A DNA stretch of 64,000 nt, from contig JBAZNJ010000002.1 of assembly GCA_041649315.1 (NCBI GenBank), positions 128,851 to 192,850 of the forward strand. The letters run 5' to 3'. Each line of letters starts with the position of its first letter. The first letter of the stretch is position 1. Under the pieces are notes generated by a model. It was given only the letters and a program-made list of their open reading frames with translations. It had not been told where the DNA came from and did not search any database. The stretch comes from Patescibacteria group bacterium (GTDB lineage: Bacteria; Patescibacteriota; Patescibacteriia; Patescibacteriales; UBA12465). Positions 43,999-53,255 of this stretch are shown in pieces. A program made the translations under genes and the position numbers.

Positions 43999-44148
43999 AA
44001 TTATAATAAAAATTTTGGTAATTTTAATAAGGGGTTTTAAGCCCCTGATAATAAAATTTCCACTATTATTTATGTTTATTTTATGGTAATATTATGCTAT
44101 CATAGCTAATAAATTTAATCAAGAGTCCGGCCGCGCGCCGTTTTGTTT

Positions 44149-45636
44149 ATGGATAAGGCCCATAATATCGCCAAAAATACTTCTTATCTTACTTTAGCCC
44201 TGATTTTACAGAAGATTATTTCTTTTACTTATTTTACTCTCCTGGCCCGCTATATTGGCCCGGCGGCTTTAGGTAAATACTATTTAGCGATTTCTTTTAC
44301 TACGATCTTCGCGATTTTTATTGATCTTGGCTTTGCAAATGTCTTAATTCGAGAAGTCGCTAAGAACCGCGAACGAGCCTCGCGTTGGCTTGGAAATATT
44401 TTAACCATAAAACTATCCTTAGTCGCTTTGGTTATAACTGCGGTTTTAGTGCTTATAAACGTTCTTGATTACGATTTATTGGTTCGCCAACTCGTCTATA
44501 TTTCCGTAATTTCCATGGCCTTGGATTCTTTTACTACGACTTTTTTCGCGGTTGCCCGCGGTTCTCATAATTTAAAATACGAAAGCATTTCCTCAATAAT
44601 TTTTCAGATAATCGTTTTGACTTTCGGTTATTCCGCTTTGCTTTTGGGCGGCGGGCTTTTGCCGGCGATGGCCGCCTTAGCGTTAGCTAGCACCTATAAT
44701 TTCATTTATTCTTGGGCGATTGTTAAATGGCGCCTAAAGATTGCTATCCGCTTCCTCTATGATCGTCTCCTGATTAAAGAAATTTTGATAATCAGTTGGC
44801 CTTTTGCCGCCTATGCGATTCTCCAGCGTTTATATACTTACTTAGATTCAGTATTATTATCTTTATTAGCCGGTGATCTCCAGGTCGGCTTATATCAGGT
44901 CGCTTTTAAGATTATTTTCGCGCTCCAGTTCTTGCCTTTAGCTTTTACCGCTTCGCTTTATCCGGCGATGAGCGCTTATTGGCAGGGCGATCGGAGCCGT
45001 TTACTAACCTCTTTTAAACGCGCGCTAAATTATTTAATGATTATCTCCTTGCCCTTAATCATTGGAGCGATTGTGTTAACCGATAAAATACTTTTATTAT
45101 TTAAAAGCGGTTATGATGACGCCGCTTGGCCCTTGCGGATTTCAATTATCGCTTTATTTTTTATTTTTATTAATTTTCCGATTGGTTCTTTGCTTAACGC
45201 CTGCGATGCCCAGCGGAAGAATACGCGCAACATGGCAATAATCACTGTCGCGAGTGTTATTTTAAATTTAATTTTGATTCCGCGCTTTCAAGCGATTGGC
45301 GCGAGTTTAACGGTCTTGGCGACTAACGGCTTAATGTTTATTCTCGGAATTAGGGAAGTAAAAAAAATTATTTCTTACCGTTCGCGCCAGAATTTAGTTG
45401 TTTTTTTGAAAGCATTAGTCGCCTCTTTACTGATGGGGGCAATAATCTTTTTCAGCCGTTCCTTCCTTAATGTTTTTATTGCGGCAGCCTTAGGCGGCGC
45501 TTTATATTTTTTATTTTTATTTTGGCTTGGCGGTTTTAGCCGGGAAGACATAATCAGTATCCGTGATTCTTTTCGTCGTTCACCCGCGGTCGGGAAAATA
45601 GCTGAGGTTAATGATGTTAATAAAATCGGAGTTTAA
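44149..45636 (+). CDS. oligosaccharide flippase (Wzx/MOP superfamily polysaccharide biosynthesis protein)
   Basis: About 12-14 TM helices. N-terminal KNTSYLTLALILQKIISFTYFTLLARYIGPAALGKY is typical of the family. The ATG is at 44149. Confidence 0.75.
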   Translation: MDKAHNIAKNTSYLTLALILQKIISFTYFTLLARYIGPAALGKYYLAISFTTIFAIFIDLGFANVLIREVAKNRERASRWLGNILTIKLSLVALVITAVLVLINVLDYDLLVRQLVYISVISMALDSFTTTFFAVARGSHNLKYESISSIIFQIIVLTFGYSALLLGGGLLPAMAALALASTYNFIYSWAIVKWRLKIAIRFLYDRLLIKEILIISWPFAAYAILQRLYTYLDSVLLSLLAGDLQVGLYQVAFKIIFALQFLPLAFTASLYPAMSAYWQGDRSRLLTSFKRALNYLMIISLPLIIGAIVLTDKILLLFKSGYDDAAWPLRISIIALFFIFINFPIGSLLNACDAQRKNTRNMAIITVASVILNLILIPRFQAIGASLTVLATNGLMFILGIREVKKIISYRSRQNLVVFLKALVASLLMGAIIFFSRSFLNVFIAAALGGALYFLFLFWLGGFSREDIISIRDSFRRSPAVGKIAEVNDVNKIGV

Positions 45637-45701
45637 TTTATAATGTGATGGCCGCCGAATATTATTTAAATTTTTAGCGTTCAAATTTTTAGTATCTAAT
45701 T

Positions 45702-46787
45702 ATGAAAACTTTACTGCTAACTTTAGAATTCCCGCCCTTTAAAGGTGGCGTGGCTAATTACTATGGCCATTTGGCTAACTATTGGCCCTTAGGCGAAAAT
45801 CTTTTAATTCTTGATAATAGCCGCGGCGAACTTGTTTCCGGCCGGGGATTTTTCGCCTGGTGGCCTGGGTTTAGTACTTTAAAAGAAAAATTGCGTTTAA
45901 GCCGGATTGATTATGTTTTAGTCGGACAAATTTTACCTTTAGGCACGATAACTTGGATCTTATCTTTATTTCGTCCGCTTAAATATGCGGTTATTTTACA
46001 TGGTTTAGATTTTTCTGCGGCTTTGCGAGTACCGCGTAAACGATTCTTGGCTCGCTTGATTTTAAAACGCGCCGATAAAATTATTTGCGCTAATTCTTAT
46101 ACCGCGGATAAAGTAAAAGAATTTTATTCTGGCGCGGCTGAAAAAATTTCTGTCGTTAATCCGGGTGTGCCGGCCGGGGTGCCACAGGCCGCGGACGGAG
46201 AGCTGGCAGAGTTAAGAAATAAGCACGGGCTTAATGATAAAATAGTTTTATTCAGTTTAGGACGTTTAGTGCGACGTAAGGGCTTTGACCAGGTAATTCA
46301 GGCCTTAACCGCTTTAGCGGCCGAAGGCTTTGATAATTTAGCTTATTGCCTGGCCGGACGCGGCGTTGACGAGGCCTATCTTCGATCCCTGGTTCCGGCC
46401 GAAATGATTGATAAAATTATTTTCTTGGGCGAATTAACGGAAAAAGAAAAATGGCAATGGCTGGAGTTAAGCGATATTTTTGCGATGCCGGCGCGCGATC
46501 TGGACGGGGATTTCGAAGGTTTCGGCATCGTTTATCTAGAAGCAAATCTTTGCGGCAAACCGGTGATTGCCGGTCGGGCTGGCGGGGTCGCGGACGCGGT
46601 AGTTGATGACCAGACGGGAATAATCGTTGATCCGGAAGATTTAAATGATCTTAAAGCGGGAATCAGGCGTTTAGCCGCCGATCCGGAGCTAAGAAAAACT
46701 TTAGGCGAACAGGGAAGATCCCGGGCTTTAAATGAATTTAATTGGGAAAAACAGGTTGCGAAGCTAGTTAAAGGTATAAAGGGTTAA
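45702..46787 (+). CDS. glycosyltransferase family 4
   Basis: FEGFGIVYLEANLCGKPVIAGRAGGVADAVVD. Confidence 0.8.
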   Translation: MKTLLLTLEFPPFKGGVANYYGHLANYWPLGENLLILDNSRGELVSGRGFFAWWPGFSTLKEKLRLSRIDYVLVGQILPLGTITWILSLFRPLKYAVILHGLDFSAALRVPRKRFLARLILKRADKIICANSYTADKVKEFYSGAAEKISVVNPGVPAGVPQAADGELAELRNKHGLNDKIVLFSLGRLVRRKGFDQVIQALTALAAEGFDNLAYCLAGRGVDEAYLRSLVPAEMIDKIIFLGELTEKEKWQWLELSDIFAMPARDLDGDFEGFGIVYLEANLCGKPVIAGRAGGVADAVVDDQTGIIVDPEDLNDLKAGIRRLAADPELRKTLGEQGRSRALNEFNWEKQVAKLVKGIKG

Positions 46788-46805
46788 AAAAATATTTTTC
46801 AAATT

Positions 46806-47507
46806 ATGATTTCCATCATCATCCCGGTCTACAACCAGGCGAAAAAATTAATCAAGACCTTGAGCAGTATCGCGCGGCAAACTTATACTGATTACGAAGT
46901 GATTATTATTAATGATGGTTCGCACGACGGCGTGGAAGCTATTTTTACGGCTTATTATAAAAAATTAGAAACAAATAATAATTATTTGTTTCTAAATCAG
47001 GAAAATAAAGGTGCGCCGGCCGCCCGCAATCGTGGCTTCAAGGAAGCAAAGGGCGAGTATCTTTTCTTCTGCGATGCCGACGCGATTTTAAAACCGGGGG
47101 CCTTAGAAATGATGCTCGGCGTTTTAATAAATAATCCGACGCTAAGTTATGTTTATTCTTCTTTTTATTGGGGGCGGAAATTATTTAAAGTCGGAGAATT
47201 TAGCCCGGAAAAATTAAAAGCGGCCCCTTGTATTCATACGATGTCTTTAATCCGCCGGACGGATTTTCCAACGGCGGGCTGGGATGAGAAAATTAAGAAA
47301 TTACAGGATTGGGATCTTTGGCTCACTATGCTTGAACAGGGAAAAGTCGGCTTCTGGATTCCGCAGGCCTTATTTACGGTTAGTCCAGGCGGAACGATCA
47401 GTTCCTGGCTGCCGTCTTTCGCTTATAAATATTTACCATTTCTACCGGCGGTAAAAAAATATCAACGAGCGGTAAAGATTGTTAAAGATAAACATGGGTT
47501 GGCTTAG
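46806..47507 (+). CDS. glycosyltransferase family 2
   Basis: ISIIIPVYNQ...YEVIIINDGSHD...FCDADA (DxD). Confidence 0.8.
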   Translation: MISIIIPVYNQAKKLIKTLSSIARQTYTDYEVIIINDGSHDGVEAIFTAYYKKLETNNNYLFLNQENKGAPAARNRGFKEAKGEYLFFCDADAILKPGALEMMLGVLINNPTLSYVYSSFYWGRKLFKVGEFSPEKLKAAPCIHTMSLIRRTDFPTAGWDEKIKKLQDWDLWLTMLEQGKVGFWIPQALFTVSPGGTISSWLPSFAYKYLPFLPAVKKYQRAVKIVKDKHGLA

Positions 47508-47512
47508 ATTTT

Positions 47513-47983
47513 ATGGATTACCTAAAAAATAAAAAAATAATTTTATTAGCCGTAGTTTTACTACTTATTTTTTTGATTTCAATTTTCTTTTTTACCGCCC
47601 GTCCGGCTGCGGCGCCGCTTCAGGCGATTGTTGAGATAAATAGCCGGATTATTGACGTTGAAATCGCGTCTACGCCGCGTGAATCTTATCGTGGCTTGAG
47701 TGGCCGGGAAGCGCTTTGTCCGGATTGCGGAATGCTATTTGTTTTTCCAGACAAGAAAGAGCGGGGGTTCGTGATGCGAGAAATGAATTTTCCTTTAGAT
47801 ATAATCTTTATTGCTGACGGCCAGATAATCAAGATTGCCGAAAATTGTCCTCCGGCCGGAAAGAATCCGGACGAAGTTTATCGAAGCGGCGCTCCGGCCG
47901 ACCAGGTTTTGGAAGTCAACGGCGGCTATGCTGATAAGTATTATTTTAAAGTCGGAGATGAGGTTCGGGTTAAGGAAAAATGA
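47513..47983 (+). CDS. DUF192 domain-containing secreted protein
   Basis: N-terminal anchor, then GLSGRE...GMLFVFP...FVMREMNFPLDIIFI, characteristic of DUF192. Confidence 0.7.
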   Translation: MDYLKNKKIILLAVVLLLIFLISIFFFTARPAAAPLQAIVEINSRIIDVEIASTPRESYRGLSGREALCPDCGMLFVFPDKKERGFVMREMNFPLDIIFIADGQIIKIAENCPPAGKNPDEVYRSGAPADQVLEVNGGYADKYYFKVGDEVRVKEK

Positions 47984-48078
47984 AACGATTTGCTATAATT
48001 ATGATTGACGCCGGACTAATTATTAAGTAAACAGATTAACCCCATAATTTTACCACGGGGGAATAAATTAGAGACAAT

Positions 48079-49653
48079 ATGGGAAAAATGAATGATAAAA
48101 AAATATTCTTTGGCCTGCTTTTAATTTTTTTAATTATTGAACTTTTATCTTTTTGGGGTTTTAAGAATATTTTAGCCGGACAAATAATCTTTGTCGGCTT
48201 AACCTTGCTAACCGCCGGCTTAACTATTTATAAATTAGAATACGGACTGCTGGCAATTTTAGGCGAATTATTTATCGGCTCTTTAGGTCATCTGTTTTTT
48301 TGGTCATTTGTTAGCCCTGACTTTAGTTTTAAATTAGGAATTAGAACCGCGTTATGGGCGGTTTTCATGTTAATTTTCTTGATTAAATTTTTAATCCAGC
48401 TTAAAAAAGCCGGACGCGATAGCCTTTATTGGCAAAATATTAAAAAATTTTTCAGCGGAAAGATATTTTCTCGCGCCAAAAGCGGCAAATTATTTTTAAT
48501 CTTATTCAGTTTTATTATTATCGGCTTGATTAACGGATTTGCGCGCCGCCATTCTTTAACTATTATTTTTTCCGATTTTAATAATTGGCTTTATCTTTTA
48601 TTATTATTCCCGCTCTTAGCTGTTTATGGCTGCGGTTCGCTCGGCAGAGATAGCCAGGAAAATAATACTGAACGCGATATAATAATCCAGCGCTTAAAAA
48701 TCTTATTTTTAGCCGGCGCGGTTTGGATTGCACTTAAGACCTTATTTTTACTTTTTGTTTTTACTCATGATTCCGCTGTTGCGCCGGATATTTATCTTTG
48801 GCTCCGCCGGACTTTGGTCGGCGAGATGACCCCGACTAAAAGCGGCTGGCCGCGTGTTTTTATCCAAGGACAGATTTTCCCGGTTATCGCTTTTTTAGCT
48901 ATTTTCTGGCATGAGGCCGTTCAGAAAAAATTTATTAGTTTTTTCCGACGTTCGGAACGGCTTAAAAATTTTCTCGGCTTACTCCTCGCCGCTTTATTTT
49001 TTACCGCTTTGATAATTAGTTTTTCGCGGAGCTTCTGGGTCGCCTTTGCTGTTACGGGATTTTTTAGCTGGCTGGCGCTTTGGCGTCTTAAGGGTTTTAA
49101 GATTGCCTTGCGTGGCGCGGCTTGGCTTGGCGGGGCGGCGGCCCTCGGCTTTATCCTGATTTACCTGACAATCGCTTTTCCTTATATCGAGACGCCATCC
49201 GCGAATTTAAGCGCTAATCTTATCGCTCGGGTAAGCGGCGGATCGGATGAGCCGGCTTTAGCTTCACGCTGGTCGCTTCTGCCGGTTTTAAGCGCAAAAA
49301 TTAAAAAAGAACCGCTATTTGGACAAGGTTTTGGAGCAACCGTTACTTATTTTTCCCGTGATCCGCGTATTTTAGAGAATAATCCAAGCGGAGAATATAC
49401 GACTTATGCTTTTGAATGGGCTTATCTTGATATTTGGCTTAAAATCGGCTTATTCGGACTCTTAAGCTATCTTATTTTAATTTTTAACCTTATTTTTTGG
49501 GCCTGGTTAAGCCGAAAAGACGAAAAAAACGCTGGATTGGTTTTAGCCTTAGCGGCCGGACTCTTATTTTTAGCCGTTACCAATATTTTTACCCCATATT
49601 TAAACCATCCGCTCGGTCTTGGTTGGCTCCTGCTCGCCTCTTGTCTAATTTAG
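48079..49653 (+). CDS. polytopic O-antigen ligase/polymerase-like (Wzy-type) membrane protein
   Basis: At least 10 TM helices, with a SRSFWVAFAV segment and a large loop before the last helices. Located in a glycan-locus context. Confidence 0.6.
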   Translation: MGKMNDKKIFFGLLLIFLIIELLSFWGFKNILAGQIIFVGLTLLTAGLTIYKLEYGLLAILGELFIGSLGHLFFWSFVSPDFSFKLGIRTALWAVFMLIFLIKFLIQLKKAGRDSLYWQNIKKFFSGKIFSRAKSGKLFLILFSFIIIGLINGFARRHSLTIIFSDFNNWLYLLLLFPLLAVYGCGSLGRDSQENNTERDIIIQRLKILFLAGAVWIALKTLFLLFVFTHDSAVAPDIYLWLRRTLVGEMTPTKSGWPRVFIQGQIFPVIAFLAIFWHEAVQKKFISFFRRSERLKNFLGLLLAALFFTALIISFSRSFWVAFAVTGFFSWLALWRLKGFKIALRGAAWLGGAAALGFILIYLTIAFPYIETPSANLSANLIARVSGGSDEPALASRWSLLPVLSAKIKKEPLFGQGFGATVTYFSRDPRILENNPSGEYTTYAFEWAYLDIWLKIGLFGLLSYLILIFNLIFWAWLSRKDEKNAGLVLALAAGLLFLAVTNIFTPYLNHPLGLGWLLLASCLI

Positions 49654-49696
49654 CTCAGTATAGTATATTTACATTATTAAAATAAGCTATAAAATT

Positions 49697-50155
49697 ATGA
49701 ACGAACAAATAATTTCCCAGGAAGGTTATGATAAATTAAAAGATGAGCTTAGTTATTTGTCTATAGTCAAACGAAAAGAAATCGCCGAACGGATAGAGCG
49801 CGCCAAAGAGCTTGGCGATTTAAGTGAAAATGCTGAATATAGCGAAGCTAAAGACGCCCAGGCGCTAAACGAGGGGCGTATTTTAGAATTATCCAATACT
49901 TTAAAGAATGTTACGGTTGTTGAAAATGGCGGTTCGCATGAAGAAGTAGCTATGGGTTCAAAAGTGAAGGTTAAGACCGATAGCCAGGAAAAAGATTATA
50001 CGATCGTGAGTTTTAATGAAGCCGATCCCTTAAACGGCCGAATTTCCAATGAGTCGCCGCTCGGCGTGGCGTTTTTAGGGAAAAAGAAAGGGGACTCGGT
50101 TGAAGTTGAGACGCCGAAAGGCCTGATGAAATACAAAATTATAAAAATAGATTAA
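49697..50155 (+). CDS. greA: transcription elongation factor GreA
   Basis: GYDKLKDEL, GDLSENAEYSEAKD, and the C-terminal ISNESPLGVAFLGKKKGDSVEV. Confidence 0.9.
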   Translation: MNEQIISQEGYDKLKDELSYLSIVKRKEIAERIERAKELGDLSENAEYSEAKDAQALNEGRILELSNTLKNVTVVENGGSHEEVAMGSKVKVKTDSQEKDYTIVSFNEADPLNGRISNESPLGVAFLGKKKGDSVEVETPKGLMKYKIIKID

Positions 50156-50201
50156 GCTAAAAGATCTAAGGAATATTTAACGCCAAAACATAAGATCGCT
50201 T

Positions 50202-51698
50202 ATGTCTGAAAAATCTGAAAAAAAAGAAGATAAAACAATTTCCGGCCTAAACGAGCGCGATGACCGTCTGAAAAAACTGGCGGCGCTCCAAGAAGCGGGA
50301 ATTGATCCTTACCCGGCTCGGGTGGAGCGGGATTTTATGATTGAGAAAGTTTTATCTGATTTTGCCGAGTTAGAAAAAAGCGAAAAAATATTTTGGCTGG
50401 CTGGCCGTTTGCGAAGTATCCGCGAACACGGTAATCTAACTTTTGCGAATTTAGAAGACGCCTCCGGCCAGATTCAGTTAGCTTTATCAAAAAAAGAGCT
50501 TGGCGATAAATATAAGACCTTTATTAAATTAATTGATTCCGGTGATTTTGTTTCGGTATCCGGATTTTGTTTTTTAACTCATAAAGGCGAGAAAAGCATA
50601 ATGGTTAAAGATTGGCGCGTCGCGGCTAAGGCCTTGCGCCCGATTCCAGACGCTTGGTTCGGCTTAAAAGACGAAGAAGAACGCTATCGCCGCCGTTATC
50701 TTGATATCCTTTTGAATCCGGAGGTTAAGGAAATGGTTTTAAAGAAAGCGAAATTTTGGAATGCCGCTCGGGAATTTTTAAACACCCGTGGCTTTATTGA
50801 AGTTGAAACTCCGGTCTTGGAAACCATGGCTGGTGGTGCCGATGCCCGGCCCTTTAAAACGCATCACAACGCTTTAGACATTGATGTTTATCTGCGGATT
50901 TCTATGGGCGAGTTATGGCAGAAGAAATTGATGGTGGCGGGCTTAGAAAAAACTTTTGAAATCGGTCGGCAATTTCGGAATGAAGGCATGGACGCCGAGC
51001 ACTTACAGGATTATACTCAGCTGGAATTCTATTGGGCTTACGCCGATTATGAAAAAGGAATGGAAATAACTGAAGAATTATTTAAGTATATTGCCAAAGA
51101 AACTTTTGATACTTTAAAATTTAAGATTCGGGGTTTTGAGGTTGATCTTGGAAAAAAATGGGAACGCTATGATTATCGGGAGACCGTAAAAAAAATGACC
51201 GGTATTGATATTTTAGAGGCAAGCGAGGCGGAAATTGTCGCCAAGCTTGATGAATTAGGAGTTAAATATGATAAGAAAGGTTTTAATATCACGCGGGCGA
51301 TTGATAATCTATGGAAATATTGCCGGAAGCAGATTGCCGGCCCGGGCTTTTTAGTCGGCACGCCGATTACGGTTTCGCCTTTAGCTAAACGCGATGAAAA
51401 AAATCCGGCTCTAGCCCAACGTTTCCAGGTGATTTTAGCCGGTTCGGAACTTGGCAACGGTTATAGCGAGTTAAATAATCCACTTGACCAAGAAGAGCGT
51501 TTTAAAGAACAGCAGAAGTTAAGAGAAGCCGGCGATGAAGAGGCCCAGGAACATGACTATGATTTTGTGGAGGCGCTTGAATACGGCATGCCGCCGACTT
51601 GCGGTTTTGGTTTTAGTGAACGATTATTCGGGTTTTTAATGGATAAATCCGCCCGGGAATGTCAGATTTTCCCGTTAATGCGACCGAAAAAGGATTGA
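50202..51698 (+). CDS. lysS: lysine--tRNA ligase, class II
   Basis: OB-fold N-domain, RRRYLDIL, FIEVETPVL, FRNEGMDAEHLQDYTQLEFYWAY, GSELGNGYSELN and GMPPTCGFGFSERL. Confidence 0.9.
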   Translation: MSEKSEKKEDKTISGLNERDDRLKKLAALQEAGIDPYPARVERDFMIEKVLSDFAELEKSEKIFWLAGRLRSIREHGNLTFANLEDASGQIQLALSKKELGDKYKTFIKLIDSGDFVSVSGFCFLTHKGEKSIMVKDWRVAAKALRPIPDAWFGLKDEEERYRRRYLDILLNPEVKEMVLKKAKFWNAAREFLNTRGFIEVETPVLETMAGGADARPFKTHHNALDIDVYLRISMGELWQKKLMVAGLEKTFEIGRQFRNEGMDAEHLQDYTQLEFYWAYADYEKGMEITEELFKYIAKETFDTLKFKIRGFEVDLGKKWERYDYRETVKKMTGIDILEASEAEIVAKLDELGVKYDKKGFNITRAIDNLWKYCRKQIAGPGFLVGTPITVSPLAKRDEKNPALAQRFQVILAGSELGNGYSELNNPLDQEERFKEQQKLREAGDEEAQEHDYDFVEALEYGMPPTCGFGFSERLFGFLMDKSARECQIFPLMRPKKD

Positions 51699-51769
51699 TT
51701 TGACTTAGAGTTATAAATTTCTTATTATTTTAATGGATTAAAGCAATCCATTTTTAATAAATATCATAT

Positions 51770-51843
51770 TCGGGGATCGTCTAATGGCAGGACTGCGGAT
51801 TCTGGCTCCGCCAATCTTGGTTCGAATCCAAGTCCCCGAGCCA
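51770..51843 (+). tRNA. tRNA-Gln (anticodon CTG), CCA encoded
   Basis: Acceptor tcgggga/tccccga (U1:A72), anticodon arm gcgga-ttCTGgc-tccgc, T arm cttgg-ttcgaat-ccaag, discriminator G followed by CCA. Confidence 0.9.
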
Positions 51844-51846
51844 AAG

Positions 51847-51877
51847 AAAAAATACTGCCCTTTGGCGGTATTTTTTC
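51847..51877 (+). terminator. intrinsic terminator after tRNA-Gln
   Basis: aatactgcc cttt ggcggtatt followed by a T-run. Confidence 0.7.
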
Positions 51878-52067
51878 TTTTATCTTAAGAATTGAGGATG
51901 AGAACCCCTGGGTTCGCACTGCCCTGCCTGCCGGTAGGCAGGCGAGGGTAGCGAGCGAAGCGCCAGCTAGCTGGCGTTTCCGAGCGACGCAGGCAGAATA
52001 GGGCGGCGAAGCCGCCCATTAAGGAGTGAAAAAATATCCAAGCAAATATAAGAAATTTAATCTTTAA

Positions 52068-52098
52068 GTCGCAAATATACCTTCAAAATGTCGCAATA
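52068..52098 (+). repeat. 31-bp direct repeat copy 1 (gtcgcaaatataccttcaaaatgtcgcaata), containing two TGTCGCAA half-sites
   Basis: Identical to 52143-52173 except for one base. Followed by the hairpin aaaccct-ttatttac-agggttt (52099-52122). Confidence 0.85.
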
Positions 52099-52142
52099 AA
52101 ACCCTTTATTTACAGGGTTTTTATAGAAATTAGGAAAAGAAT

Positions 52143-52173
52143 GTCGCAAATATACTTTCAAAATGTCGCAATA
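52143..52173 (+). repeat. 31-bp direct repeat copy 2, overlapping the -35/spacer of the Fic promoter
   Basis: gtcgcaaatatactttcaaaatgtcgcaata. The extended -10 box tgt-tatagt (52176-52184) follows, and the ATG at 52191 lies 7 nt after the -10 (leaderless). Confidence 0.85.
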
Positions 52174-52190
52174 TATGTTATAGTCTTTGT

Positions 52191-53237
52191 ATGAATAAAA
52201 AACAGGCGAGACAAAATAAAATTATTTCTTTTATGAAAGATAGGGTAAAAATATCGGTATCTGATATTTTGTCTTTTTTAAGTATGGAAATAGATAGAAA
52301 AACCTTGCAAAGAGATTTAAAAGAATTGGAAAAAAAACTGTTAATCTCTAAAAAAGGTGTTGGCAAAAATACAGTATATTCTTTATCGGTAGCCTCTAGT
52401 GTTTTGAAAGAAATTAATATCAAAGAATATTTTAAAATACCTTATTTAAAAAGGGAAGTTAAAGAAAGTTTTAATTTTGAAATCTTTACCATTTTAAAAA
52501 ATAATATTTTTACAACCGAAGAGCAAGAGAGATTAGAAAATTTGCAAAGAGAATTTATAAAAAATTTTTCGAAGTATGATAGTCAAACTCTTATCAATAA
52601 AGAATTTGAAAGAATAATGATTGAATTTTCTTGGAAATCATCAGCCATAGAAGGTAACACTTATTCGCTTTTAGGCACAGAAGCTTTGATTAAAAATAAT
52701 GTTGCGGGATCTGAAAACACAAAAGAAGAAACTCAAATGATTCTTAATCACAAAGATGCTTTTAACGAGGCTATACAGAACAAAGAAAGATTTAAAAAAT
52801 TAACTTATTCTGATATTGAATATATCCATGCTGTTTTGACTAAAAAATTAGGCATTTCTAAAAATGTTAGAAATGGCAGCGTGGCAATTGTTGGTACTAA
52901 GTATAAACCCTTAAATAATAGTCATCAAATTGAAAAAGCGGCTCGGGAAATGGTTGATTTAATCGATAAAAAAAAGTCTTTCTTTGAAAAATCTTTATTA
53001 ATATCCATCCTTATCGCTTATATCCAAATTTTTGAAGACGGCAACAAAAGAACTTCTCGAATGATTTCCAATGCTATCTTGTTAGCCCACCATTCAATCC
53101 CGTTGTCCTATAGAATCGTAGATATTGAAGAATATAAAAAAGCGATTATTTTGTTTTATGAATTAAATAATATCTCTTATTTTAAGCGAATTTTCATTGA
53201 GCAATTTGAAGATGCGGTTAATAATTATTTTAAATAG
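52191..53237 (+). CDS. Fic-family protein with an N-terminal wHTH-like domain and a degenerate active-site motif
   Basis: Inhibitory-helix-like SSAIEGN ([S/T]xxxE[G/N]). The Fic motif region reads IQIFEDGNKRTSRM, with Gln in place of the catalytic His of HxFx(D/E)GNGRxxR. Confidence 0.75.
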   Translation: MNKKQARQNKIISFMKDRVKISVSDILSFLSMEIDRKTLQRDLKELEKKLLISKKGVGKNTVYSLSVASSVLKEINIKEYFKIPYLKREVKESFNFEIFTILKNNIFTTEEQERLENLQREFIKNFSKYDSQTLINKEFERIMIEFSWKSSAIEGNTYSLLGTEALIKNNVAGSENTKEETQMILNHKDAFNEAIQNKERFKKLTYSDIEYIHAVLTKKLGISKNVRNGSVAIVGTKYKPLNNSHQIEKAAREMVDLIDKKKSFFEKSLLISILIAYIQIFEDGNKRTSRMISNAILLAHHSIPLSYRIVDIEEYKKAIILFYELNNISYFKRIFIEQFEDAVNNYFK

Positions 53238-53255
53238 AATTAGATAAATTTATTT

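Noticed and set aside
51888-51900. 13-nt string aattgaggatgag shared between 51888-51900 and 60808-60820.
   Set aside because: Dozens of exact 13-mer coincidences are expected by chance in a 64-kb window, and the flanking sequence is not similar.
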